Of a stretch of 64,000 nt of DNA, positions 39,245-51,040 are shown piece by piece (the stretch's first letter is position 1; each line of letters begins with the position of its first letter). The notes below the pieces were generated by a model. It was not told where the DNA came from, ran no database searches, and saw nothing but the letters and a program-made list of their open reading frames with translations. Source of the DNA: Gonapodya sp. JEL0774 (Eukaryota); the NCBI GenBank assembly GCA_027604505.1, contig JADIIX010000067.1, positions 1 through 64,000 on the forward strand. Direction: 5' to 3'. The translations under genes were made by a program, and so were the position numbers.

Positions 39245-41891
39245 CTACCAATTCTTGCTCTCTTGAGGAACAAACTACAAGAACGTCGAGGATGTGAGCG
39301 GTAATCTGTACACAAACCAGAAAATGATCGACAAACCTCGTAATCAGTAGTGCCCCAGAAGTTGCAATCGCCGTCTTGAAGACGAGAGAGAGCGCAGATG
39401 TGAATGCATCGGTGATAAGACCTGCCACCTCCGGAGGGATGGTGCCGTCTTGGACACCGAGTTGGATTTTTGAGGGACTATTCTTGACAAACGCAATGAG
39501 CGTTTGCGCGACGCCTGCTTCCACGAGTTTTGTGTTCAAAGTGTTGGAATAGATGGTACCACACACTGTGAACATGACACAAGGTAAACACTCGTTAGCT
39601 TTGTGTCCAAATGAAACAGTTCATTGTAATTCGAATGGCTCACCAGCAATGCCGAACACTCCTCCGAGAAATTGGTAGAAGGTGAAGCTCGCTAGAACAG
39701 CAGCAACGCAAAGTTGAAGCCTCGTTCACGAGTTAACGCAGAAAAGAACCTACCAATCATTAGCGGGAGAATGCGCTGTGGCACTGCATTTTGTCCACTG
39801 CGAAAACAAGGAGAAGTTGAACGATTAGCACGTGTACGAACCGTGCAAAACTTGAAGGCAAAAGCACGAACTTGAGATTGATGCTTTGAATCTAATGATC
39901 GGAAAGTATGAAATACTCAGCGTCTTGCGCGCGTGTGTGAAAGTCAACGAAACGAACCCACCATCAAACCAATCCCCAGCCCCGAAAGCAAGAGGTATCC
40001 AACCTGCTGATCCGACCGACTCGCCGCAGTCAAGGTGGATGTCAATCCCGCCCCAACCATCACGAATGCGGCGCCAATGTGAATGGTTGGTGTCGTGTAA
40101 CCCGTTTTGGAAATGAAGAGGCCACTCGAAATCGACATGGTTACCACGCCCATGATGAAGGGGATGGTGTGTACCCCGGCTTCCGAGGCGGTGCTGCCGT
40201 TCACGACTTGGAAATAAATCGGAATGTAGTAGGCTAATGAGAAAAAGGACCACCCGAGGAGCTGAGAGGAAACGAGTTAACGGCTGCCTGTATAACGATA
40301 ATGGGTAAATATACCTAAACTCACGAATGCGCAAAACCACACTGGAATAACTGCATTGCTTTTCCAGAGCTCGAAAGGAATGATGGGGATTTTTACAACC
40401 TGAGCGACGAAATGCATGTTTGGCGGAATTTTCGTGCCTCGACACGATCAGCGTAGACGTACCTTGTTCTCTACGAAGGCGAAAACTGCAAGGCAAACCA
40501 CTGATACGACAATCATGGATATAATAGGAGCCGAGCTCCACTCATAACTGTGGAGAAAAGAGAGAACACGTTCAGGGCGACTCCAACACAAAACGCCATG
40601 GACCCTCTGACAGAACTCACTCCTCGCCACCAGCTGACAGAGCATACACGAGCAGGACTGTGGCCGCAGCGAGCCAGAATGTTCCAAGGTAATCGATTTT
40701 ACCCAACTTTTCCTTGACACTTCCCTGAGGCTGTTTCAACAGAGTGGTTACTCCGTGGAGTTTGGGAACACTGGTGACGCAGTCCGGCAAACTCACAGGT
40801 GGTAAGTTGAGGAAGAAAAGGACCACGGTGATAGCCAGCCCACCGACTGGGAGGTTGATGAAGAAACACCTGGATTACAGGGCGTACCGCGGTTGAGACA
40901 AGCACAGAAGTCCGCCATATGCACGATGAATATTCTCACCATCTCCACGACAGGTGATCGGTAAACGCTCCACCCACTACACCGCAATTTTCAAGTTAGC
41001 AAGCGAAGAAAATTAGGCTACTGATGTGGTTGAAACTTACTGAGAGGTCCGGCGACACTCGCGAGCCCAAAGCACGCCCCAATCAGGCCCTGGTATTTCG
41101 GTCGGTCCCGTAACGAAACTAGATCCGAAATAATGATGATAACCAATGGCAGCATGGCGCCTCCTCCCAGCCCAGCGATGGCGCGGCCAACAATCAAAGT
41201 GTTCATGTTTGGAGCGAGGCCACATATGAGAGAACCGATTTCGAACACCGCGATTGCCACCATGAACACTGGCTTTCGTCCAAATGCTTCGGCGAACTTC
41301 CCGTATGTGGGAATGAGGGGTACTGAGCCGAGGAAGTATGCCGTGCCCTATGCTCAATAGAGAGTGAGAACTCGTTTAGAGGGAATTGATACGGTAAGGA
41401 ATTACTTACGACCCAGCTCAGTCCCGAGAATGTTTGGAAATCCGTAACGATTGAAGGTATGGCGACAGACACGACTGGATGTTGGAACGGCACGAGATAT
41501 TGAGAATCATTTGCAGAGACCAAGAGAAAACTCTTCTTACTCACTTGTTTGGTCGAGCTGGTGGGTAGTAGCAGGTAGAGAAGAGATCATGAGTTCATGA
41601 TACGTGAACGATCGGGGCTCTCGGACTTACCGCTGCAAGGAAAACTGCGAGCGCGAGGCCCACAAAGAGCAAGACAAACTGCACAGGCGAGTATTCCATC
41701 CCATTTTCTGCCGTCCGATTACTCGGTCCCCTCGTCCTCGTCCCGCTCTCTGCGATTTCCTCTTCGCCCGTGGACAGCTCCTTGCCATCATGAATGAGCA
41801 CCTTGGCATCCACCTTTTCAAACTCGGCGGGAGGGCTTTGGGGTTCTCGAAGAGCTGCTGAATCTGTGTTTAGTGTGTCCGTAGAGGTCAT
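39245..41891 (-). CDS. MFS drug:H+ antiporter, DHA2 (14-TMS) family
   Basis: FVGLALAVFLAA..., VAIPSIV, YGKFAEAFGRK, FEIGSLICGLAPNMNTLIVGRAIAGLGGG, IIISDLVSLRDRPKYQG, WRWCFFINLP and KIDYLG. Many introns. Confidence 0.93.
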
Positions 41892-42577
41892 CGTAGGTGT
41901 ACAGTGAGTTTTGTTCACGAATCCAATCGAATGGTCTTTATATTGTTGGGAGTGAAGGGTGAAAGTACTTTACCCTAGATGGTTTGCCTCAGGCATCTGG
42001 TTGCCTGCGGCCACGTGTTAGCACCGCTTATTTTCTTTCAAACGGTCGCACTATCGGAAGTGAGCGCCCCATCAAACAGTGGCAATAATATCAGTGCTGA
42101 GTCGTCACTTCTCGGTGTATATATTCATCTGCTTCTCTTACGACCAGTTGCGACTTATTCCCTCTTCCAAACGTGCCAAGATTTATCTCATGGGGAATGG
42201 CCTTCACATCAAATCAAAAATAAATAACGTCACTGGCGCGGAGTTCCTTATTGGATGTGTACAATGTAGCCAGTTTGTTGAAACGACCATAGTATACTTT
42301 ACAACATTGAGAATGATAATTCAGAGAAAGAAGGCAGCACCAGAACATGACGTTTCCCAATTACTTCTTGCAGTCAAGACCACCTCAGCGATGTTATATT
42401 ACGAATTTGTTGATAGACCACCACTTCTGAGCAGCGCCAGGGGAATATCGAGAGTCCAAAGGCAAACATTACAGGTCACAATACGCGTCCAAAAAGTCCG
42501 AGTCCCATTCTTCACCATGGCAACTCTCAAGACAGAAACAAGAACACAATGACAGGTCAAAAATCGACGGGAGAGTG

Positions 42578-44234
42578 CTACCACGGGTGGTTGGGTTCGG
42601 TTTCGCTGTACCCATAGTGAGTTTGGTAGTCGTCCGACGGCTCGATAACGTCCATCTCGTTCTCTTCGTTAGAATGCGATGTGTCAGGCTGCCCCAAGTC
42701 GGCTCCAAATGGGACAGATGAAGGTGCAAACGACTGAATATTTGGAGTAGGTGGGAGGGTTACCAAGCCACTGGAGACGGAGATATTGGCCAGGTGATAA
42801 GCGACATCGGGAAGGACGGAGTCGCTGGGGTCGATAAGGGACATGAGTTGAAAAAGGGAGGCGGGAGTCTATAGTAGAAGAAAAGAATGTCCAAGAAGTG
42901 AATTCAGCTGTTCAACCCATGCCATGGTGACATCTGGCACTCACCAGCAGTGTCGTTGTGGTCTGTTGACTGAGCATAAGCACGCGATCTGCGGCAACAA
43001 TCGATCCCACTGCCAAGACTGTACTGGTGAGTCCAATGAAACGAGAATACAAGACCGACAATTCCAACATGTCATGTGCGAGACGTGTGAGAATAGGTGG
43101 TAAGTCCACAGGGGTGAAGAGGCTCTCATGCTGCGACGGTGAGGACGAAGGCAGCTGGGACGTGGGTGCAAGTGCGCTGCTACTACTCGAGATTCCGCCG
43201 CTCCGTTCATCCATGCCGTAGTTTTGTTCAATAACACGTCCTGTGATAACGTCCAAAACTGCGTGAGGTCCTATCCAACTCAAATCGAAGTCAATGACTG
43301 CCAACAGCCGTCGTTCCATCTCAAATATGTCGCCTCGTGTGTATTCGTTGCAACAGAGCTCGCGAACGCGGGAGACGGTGAGCGCGCGCTTCGGAAGATC
43401 CTGATATTTTGACGCAACAAACAGGGAGACAATGCCGAGAAGCTGGCTGTTTGTCAAACATGTGGGGCATATTGGATACGGTTGGCGGTACGTTAGGCAA
43501 TCCGGGGTCGCGGACGTTGGGAAATTCAACATGATAGTTTGGCACATTCCGCTCAAACGAATGCCATTCTACAGTCACTTACAAATCGCGCGTGGGTATA
43601 CTACGCTTGCTCAAGTAGCGGTCCATATTTGAGACCGCGAGTGCAAGAGTGTGTGAGTGCAATCCCAATTGCTCCTTGATATCTGGGGGACATGTTGGCG
43701 GAAGGGTTCAATGGGAGGCGAGGCGTGAGGCAAAAAGGGGCGCAAGAGTCATCAGGACGTAGTTCTCACCAATTAGCCATTGGATGAGTGTACGACGCAC
43801 TGAAAATGGAAAGAAATGGGTCATTGTGATGCCCTGAACCTCATGTGCCTTCGGCGAAACCACTCCTTCCCCACCCACAACGTACTCTGAGAGTTCACCT
43901 CAGGCTGAAAATGGAGATAATTCGCCAGAGGAAGATTGTTGTTCTGTCGGGTGGGGAATTGAGCGTGATGGGTGAGCATCTCAGTCGCGGCATATCCTGA
44001 GTTCCTCCATAATGTGTTCATCACGCCACATCAGCTCACCTCCTCTGCGCGCAGAAACACGAGGAATGTATTTGTAAACTCAGCCCATGCATCATAAGAA
44101 GGTCCCTGTTCCGCTGAGTGCCCCAGGGTGCTGGCAGCCAACATGTCGTCACGGTGATGTCTGGTGAGTGTCGGAAGCCGATAGACAGTCTTTGCGGGGG
44201 CTGTTATCGGGGCGGGATAAGCTTCCTGTATCAT
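42578..44234 (-). CDS. Cyclin (CDK-activating, cyclin N/C box), short N-terminus, class uncertain
   Basis: Spliced QPEVNSQMRRTLIQWLI...TLALAVSNMDRYLSKR...QLLGIVSLFVASKYQD...CCNEYTRGDIFEMERRLLAVIDFDL. The frame and end of the last exon are uncertain. Confidence 0.88.
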
Positions 44235-44386
44235 GTCGCAAGGCCAAGATACAGTCGCGCGGTGTTGATGGATTGTTTGTAACGGATGAGTGTGATGGTA
44301 ATATGTTACAAAAGGACTTGAATCGGGTGCCTTGGTCGAGGCCCCCCGCGCTCATTCCCTGAAATGTTACGCACCTGTGGGTAAAC

Positions 44387-44511
44387 TTTCGCGGCAATGT
44401 CCCCGCTGCCCAAAGTGTTCCGCTTTCCGCTTTATGAGAGATTAAGGAGCCCATGTGCCGATACGCGTTTGTGTCTTTCTTTTGTTTGTTGTTCCAATTA
44501 CAATTTCGCGT
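44387..44511. promoter_or_regulatory. Cluster of SCB/E2F-like and MCB elements upstream of the cyclin
   Basis: TTTCGCGG at 44387-44394, ACGCGT at 44463-44468 and TTTCGCGT at 44504-44511, lying 150-280 bp upstream of the cyclin ATG. Confidence 0.5.
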
Positions 44512-46316
44512 TTCCTTGTGGCGAGGAAGCCCAATTTCGGGGTGGCGCAAAAAGGGAAAGCCCGAGATTTGTTTTCTTTTGTTTGTCATCATTATATGTT
44601 ATTCAGTGGAGGAAGGCTACCTTGAGGTAGTCCAGGGAGACACGTGCGAAATGCTAAACTTCCCAAGAAAGTTGATTTCTGCATTGGGCATACAGATCAG
44701 CAGCTCTCACCATGTCGCGCCATAGGCGGAGGAGGTGGAGGAGGGACCGTGTTGTAGGAAGAAAGGATTTTGGGCTTCTTAGCAGTATACATACAGTTGC
44801 GAGTCTGGGACAGGACCTTAATCAATCCAGCCAACAGCACGGTCACAATAATAGTTGTACATGTCGCCATGGAATGGTGTGAGGACAAATACGCGCAAAA
44901 AATTACATGAACAAGAGATGTCTGCCAGCTGCAAAACTCAGGACGTCCCCTCCAACACGATCCAATCTTGTATTACTTCGACGAATACTTCGACAAGGGC
45001 TGGATTTGCAGTGGTTATTGCTCACAAACAAGATCCCTGGACTTTGATCCTGGCGCCTCCACCGGTACACGTACTGCCGAGTATGGTGGCGGCCAGTTCA
45101 CTTTTGCAACGACTAAGCACCATAACGACTCAGTCAGAACGGCGATTGTGTGTTTGATGACTTGACTTCGCTTTTCAAAGGTTGGAGTGACTGAAATTGT
45201 GTAGGTATGGTCTCGTACTCAGTCTCGAGCTCCCACCGAACACCCAATCCCTCGTCACACACAAAGTGCCAAATCTATGCTCTCTTGGGTATCACTCTTC
45301 GATCGAAAATGCGATCTGTATTCAAGCAGTTTCAGTCGGGGACGCCACAAGGAACAAGGGCCATGCACATACGATATATTACATCTATCAATACGGCTAA
45401 GAGCGATACTCTGTCCTTCCAGCAATGGTCTTCGGAACAAAAGAATAATCGGCTCTGTCGGAATCTAGGCCGGTCAGCGGGAAGGGCAACAAGTCCATCA
45501 ACGCGGGTACCTCAGGACTAGCAGACCCGTAGAACTCTGTGGGGGATTTCGGCTGACCCAAATTTGAGCTTCAGTGCGCTCCAACGTGGTCAGAAATTGT
45601 ATGATTCGTTGTTTTGTGAGATCTTGTGTGAGCGACAGCCTGAGGATCCTCGGTGAAACATCATGGATGCACTGTTGAGAAGCATTACCTGGAGAGTAGC
45701 GAAAGCTCATCGCCGCTCTCATTGCCATGCGAGACACATCAAGCGATTGTACATAGCGTGGTGAGATTCAAACGATCATCATCTACGTGAATCCTGGTGA
45801 GATTATTACATCTTTGTTTTCAGGTTCACGGTGTTCAACCTGTGAGAGGGAGCACCACTTCCACGTCAGTTTTGTCTTGGCAAATATTACGCAAAATTGA
45901 AGTGAGTCACGCCTTCAATCTTCTTATTGTCATCTCCACATTTCTGTGGTCTTCATCTTGTATTTTACCCAAAGCAGAAGGCTTGGCATGGGGAATAATG
46001 AGTTCATGTATTTAAAAGCTTGTCAGCTATTCTTCTTACCACGTCACTTTTATAAAGAAAAGGTGCAGGAAAAGTGTCAGGAGGAATGTGCCCGATGCTG
46101 ACAAATTGCCCTAACAAACAATAGCCACTGATTATTGCCAGTACTCACGGGAATCATGTGCCACAATGCCGACGGCTCGCGCAAACTCGAAATAAGTCGG
46201 ACCTCGGCTCACCTGGCTAGGGCGAGATCGGTGTCCACTTGTTTGGAGTGTGCACTTGAAATCCATACACCAGTAAATTTGGCACAATTCTGAATGCACG
46301 GTCGCCGGCCCAACCA

Positions 46317-47141
46317 ATGCGATTCACAACCGGGGAACTCGTCGCCAACGTCCATGAAATGGATCAACTCAGGGCACTGGTCGCATCGAGAGACTTTTCA
46401 TCTCTCATTGCTCAGCTGGAGTCGCTTGAGCAATCCCATCACCTCGCAGACGCAATCCATTCGTATCTTGCAGCACAACCAGCTCGTCCCCCTCCACCAC
46501 CAACCCACGCTTTCCATTCCCCTGCCATCCCCCCTGTATCTCCTCATTTAATTTGCTCCCTCCTTGTTCTGGCTCACGCGGCGATCGACGACCTGCCTGG
46601 AGCCCGGTTTGTCCTCAAACGAGCTCCCGAATCTGTGCTGAACCACCCGCTCGTACAGGCCGTAGAACCCCTGTTCTCATCTCTGTGGCATAGAGAAACA
46701 CCGCTGTTCTGGGAAATGGTGGCCCGCGTTCCATATCTTTCAGGTGAAGGGGAGGCCACGGATCCGGAACTTTCCCTCACCGCAGAGTTGGCAAGTCAAC
46801 TGACGGAGCGCGTCCGCGAACGAGCAAAGCGACTGATTGTAAAAGCGTATGTCGCAATTAGGGTGCCAGATGCGACGGCCATGCTGGGATTGGACTCAAC
46901 TCACACCACAGAGCTGTTGGCAAATGAAGGATGGACAGTCCAGGACGGTTTCTTCGTCATGCCCGAAAAGAACATTTCTTCCAAGCGAGAAAACGGTGGC
47001 TCGGCCGCTCTAAATGGAAACGTGACAGGTGGACTCGTCGGTGCTGGGCAGAGCTCGCAGCTGGATGCCAAGAAAGCACGGGAACTCACATTGGAGAAGA
47101 TGAAGGCAATTGCAGAGATGGCTCTGAGATTGGAAATGTGA
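46317..47141 (+). CDS. CSN8: COP9 signalosome subunit 8-like PCI protein (CSN8/PSMD8/eIF3K family)
   Basis: DDLPGARFVLKRAP, LWHRE, ERVRERAKRLIVKAYVAIRV...MLGL...GW and a C-terminal helix KAIAEMALRLE. Confidence 0.8.
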   Translation: MRFTTGELVANVHEMDQLRALVASRDFSSLIAQLESLEQSHHLADAIHSYLAAQPARPPPPPTHAFHSPAIPPVSPHLICSLLVLAHAAIDDLPGARFVLKRAPESVLNHPLVQAVEPLFSSLWHRETPLFWEMVARVPYLSGEGEATDPELSLTAELASQLTERVRERAKRLIVKAYVAIRVPDATAMLGLDSTHTTELLANEGWTVQDGFFVMPEKNISSKRENGGSAALNGNVTGGLVGAGQSSQLDAKKARELTLEKMKAIAEMALRLEM

Positions 47142-47883
47142 CCAATGAGTGGGACTGCGGCAAGGAGGTTAGTGGTAAATGGGGTAATTGGGACACGTTG
47201 TTTGACAACCGTTTGAGAGTTTAGAATTTGAAATGCGCTCGAAGTAAGCATCCTGTTAAATCACAAAAGATATTCACATTACCTTTAGCTAAAGATGCGT
47301 TAATACGAGTACCCAATGGCCACGCAGAGTGGCCGTCAATTTTCGCGAACGGAATGTGACGATTACTGTATATAATTAACCAGCATCAAGCGTCATTTGG
47401 AAGGGACCATTAAACTTTCATATCAACCCCATGCCTCGGCTGCTTGATACTCGTAGCATGGTTTGTGTCCGGAACAGGCGATCCAATGGTATTACATACA
47501 CATGGTCATCTTAGGGTCAGTGCACTGGAACCCAAACGCTACTTTGCGTGAGGGCGGCGCCTTGACACGTTCGAGACAGAATTATCTGATTCGGAAAGGG
47601 TAGAGCTGACGTCATATCTAGGACGAGTTTGAATGGCCGTGCAGCAACATCAGCAGGAGCTACCTACTAAGGGTTTTCCAACAAGTATCTCCAGCATCAG
47701 GCATCTCATTTGGTCACGGCGCTCATATAACTTAAAGCTCACACGACATTCCAAGGCGTTTCTCATATACACATTGCTTGGTGCTCCATCCGGTGTCCGC
47801 CAAGAGCAACGCTGACTAGGCGCACTTCACAAAGACCAAGTTTTCACATCGCATCTACGCAAAAAGACACAAAACTTAACAAG

Positions 47884-50791
47884 ATGCAGGGGTATGCAGT
47901 ATTCATTGCCCTTACGGCTGCGATTGGTGCGAATCTCGTTCCCCGTAGACGTGGGAGACAATTTTGGCCTGAAACGCTCCACTTGCCCAATTCTCACTCA
48001 GGCGGCCTGCTATTCGGATATGAAGTTGGAATCATCAAGTGAGTGCCCGTCGTACTACCTTCTTGAGAAATTCCATGACATCAACGTCTCTCTTCACACG
48101 TCATGTTCGCCTATCGATCTCCACACCAAAAGCCAAGTTCTGCTTATGGACTCGTAAGTGACGTAGCTCTTCTTAGGTGTGCTCTTGACTCACTGTTGGC
48201 TTCACAAGGTTTCGAGAGTTCTTTGGCATCGGAACGGTTGTCAACGGCGTTCTTGTCAATGAATCGAACTCGGCAGATATTGAGGGCAACATCGTCTCCC
48301 TTTTTCTGGCAGGTTGTATTCCAGGCGCATTTTTGGTATCCTATTCCGCGGGTAAGCTTTCGAAGTGTCAATGACGGCAGTTGAACTGACATATCCCGCT
48401 TTTCTCTCCGTGTATGGAGACTTTCTTGGCCGTCGAATATCTGTTGCTCTGGGTGCATTGTTGTTTCTTGCTGGAGGGATTCTTCAAACCGCAGCACAAG
48501 GTATTGGGATGCTTTATGCAGGAAGATGTGTGGGGGGATTGGGCGTTGGACTTCTTTCTGGAACCGGTGGGTCGTACTGATCAATTCTGTCTGCCCCGTC
48601 TTCTCGAAAACTAAAAACTGCCTTTGTGAAGTTCCATTGTATATCTCCGAATGCGCTCCCACGAGTATTCGCGGTAGAGGTGAGTGATCCCTTGTAAAAG
48701 TCCCTGTATCCCCGTGAACGTTCCGAAGAGCGTCGCGTTTGTTTCTGGCAGTCGGAACCATGCAGCAACTTATGATTACAATTGGAATAATGTTGGCGAA
48801 CGTGAGCTTGTGGTACATACTTCTTTTGACATTCGAGGAATAACACCTTGTCGATCACACACAATTACAGATCATCAACGCTATTCTCACCAGCACTATT
48901 GCCAACGAATCAAATCTTCTTTGGAGGCTGGCGATGGGAATCCAGGTGGGCTCCTGATAAAAGAGTTTCGGGACTCATCGACTAACGCGGAGTGTCTGCG
49001 AAGTTGATTCCAGCGGCGATTTTGCTTGGTTTCTTCTTTATTCTTCCCGAGTCTCCTCGTTTCTTGATCTCCAAGGTTCGGATGACGATTTTATCCGGTT
49101 CTGCTGATGCGTCTCACGTTGCACTGGTTCCAGGGCAAGCTCGAGCGCGCTCTAGCAATCCTCGCCAGACTGAACGCCCAGCCGCAGGAGAGTGACTATG
49201 TACAGCAACAAGTCGCGGATATTCAGGAAAGCATAGAAATCGAAAAGAGGCTCCCAAAAGCGAGCTGGTTGGACATGCTCAGGTGGGTTCCTACACCTCC
49301 TTAAATTGAGATTTGTCCCAGAGTAAAAATTATTGTGTGTTCAGATTCCCAATTCGTCGGCGTAGTTTTGCCGCCTTTTTCTTGTTCTTCTTTCAGCAGT
49401 GGTCGGGAATTAATGTGAGAAGAACCTGCGTTGTTTCCCGCACACTCGCTCAAACGCATACGTATAATCACTGATCAGGCTGTCATGTACTACTCGTCGT
49501 CTTTATTCTTGGGCATGGGCCTTTCAAAGGACATGTAAGGCAACTTTGGAGGTTTCAAATGTCGGTCGATCCAGACAAAACAATACTCCCCACTTTCAGT
49601 GCTACAAAGGTCGCAACAACGGTTCAATCTGTTATAAATGTGCTCGCAACCCTACCAGCAATTTACCTAATCGAAAGGTTGGGACGGCGGAGGCTACTGC
49701 TCGTTGGTGCTCTCGGATGTGTAAGCTAAGCTGTTTCCTACTATCCCAAATGACGTTTTAACTGTCATCAACTTCCACGCTTAGTCTTTCTTCATGTGGA
49801 GCTTGGTCCTCTGGGTTGGGCTGTTTAACGGGACTCAGATCGCGGACCCGGTCAGCGGTCAGCTCATTCCAAATCCGAATTCGGGCGCAGGACGGGCATA
49901 CGGAGTTCTCGGAGTGCTCGCAATGTGTAAGAATGTGCGCTTTTGTGGGACTGGTTCCTGATCTAACATCTTCCGGCTTCTCCCAACGCAGACATGTACG
50001 TTGTCTGTTTCGCAGGGTCTTGGGGTCCAGTCGGAGTAAGTCAAAGGTGACCGACGATGTACCAATCTTCCAAGCTTACTAACGCTTTTCTTTTGATGGG
50101 AAGTGGGTGTACATATCGGAGATCTTCCCACTGCGTGCTCGCGGAAAAGGTGCAAGTGTCGGATCAATGTCACATTGGATGTGAGTTGGGAGGGTTTAAT
50201 TTCCATACTTCCTCAATATCCACGAAGGGTCCACTCTCAATATTACACTTTCGTCTAGCTGGAATTTTGTGATCGCGAAGGTTTGGCCGTATGTTGCTGT
50301 CATGGGTGCCTGGCAATATACAATGTGCGTTTGATTCTCCCCAAATGCCTCTGTCCTTCCGGTGGTGGCTTCTAAGACATATATGAACCGCTTCTCAGAT
50401 TCGGAGGTAGTACTGTTGTCGCATTCGTGTTCGTGTACTTCTTCGTGCCTGAGAGTGAGTTATCGCGCCAACTTCGCTTCTCTCATCATACTCATAGCTA
50501 TTTTGTTGTATTGTTTAGCGAGAGGCAGATCCCTCGAAGAGATGGATGAAGGTTCGTGCTCTTTTTTAGACACGTAACTATTTCATCAAGCTGAACTTGT
50601 TGCTTTATCTTAGTCTTTGGAGCTCCTGCCGGATCGGGGCTCACCGAAGAAGAAAAGAGAGTGCTTGCAGAGCTCCGAAAGGATCCAAATCGCGCTGATA
50701 TGCTTGAGACTGGGAAGAGCGGAGGGGTGGGTTCACTTTCACATTCTCACTAATCTTTTTTTGACGCTCCATCTCATTCTTGCAGCACTAA
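47884..50791 (+). CDS. MFS sugar porter (hexose transporter family), about 20 exons
   Basis: GGLLFGYEVGII, DFLGRR, GRCVGGLGVG, VPLYISECAP.SIRGR, WRLAMGIQ, PESPRFL, FFQQWSGIN, IERLGRRRLLL, EIFPLRAR and GRSLEEMD. Confidence 0.93.
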
Positions 50792-51040
50792 ACGAGCAAA
50801 TCACTGGCTTCCATACGTAACAGCCTTGACGCATGTTGCTTGTATAAAGAGTGTGAGGGCTTGCGCATAAAGTTGCATATTCACCGCACAAATAGTTGCA
50901 AATATACTGCCAAAATCAATTGCTGTACAACAATAAACTGTTTTCAGTTCCACGTTTTCCTTCCATTTGTTGTGGGACTATTTCTAAGCCAACCAGTCCC
51001 GTTATAAACCTCCTTTGTGAGAACACCGACAATTCCAAAC

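Noticed and set aside
42511..42524. RFX X-box-like TTCACCATGGCAAC
   Set aside because: Imperfect match located at the cyclin 3' end, about 600 bp from the MFS start and not upstream of any recognisable ciliary gene.
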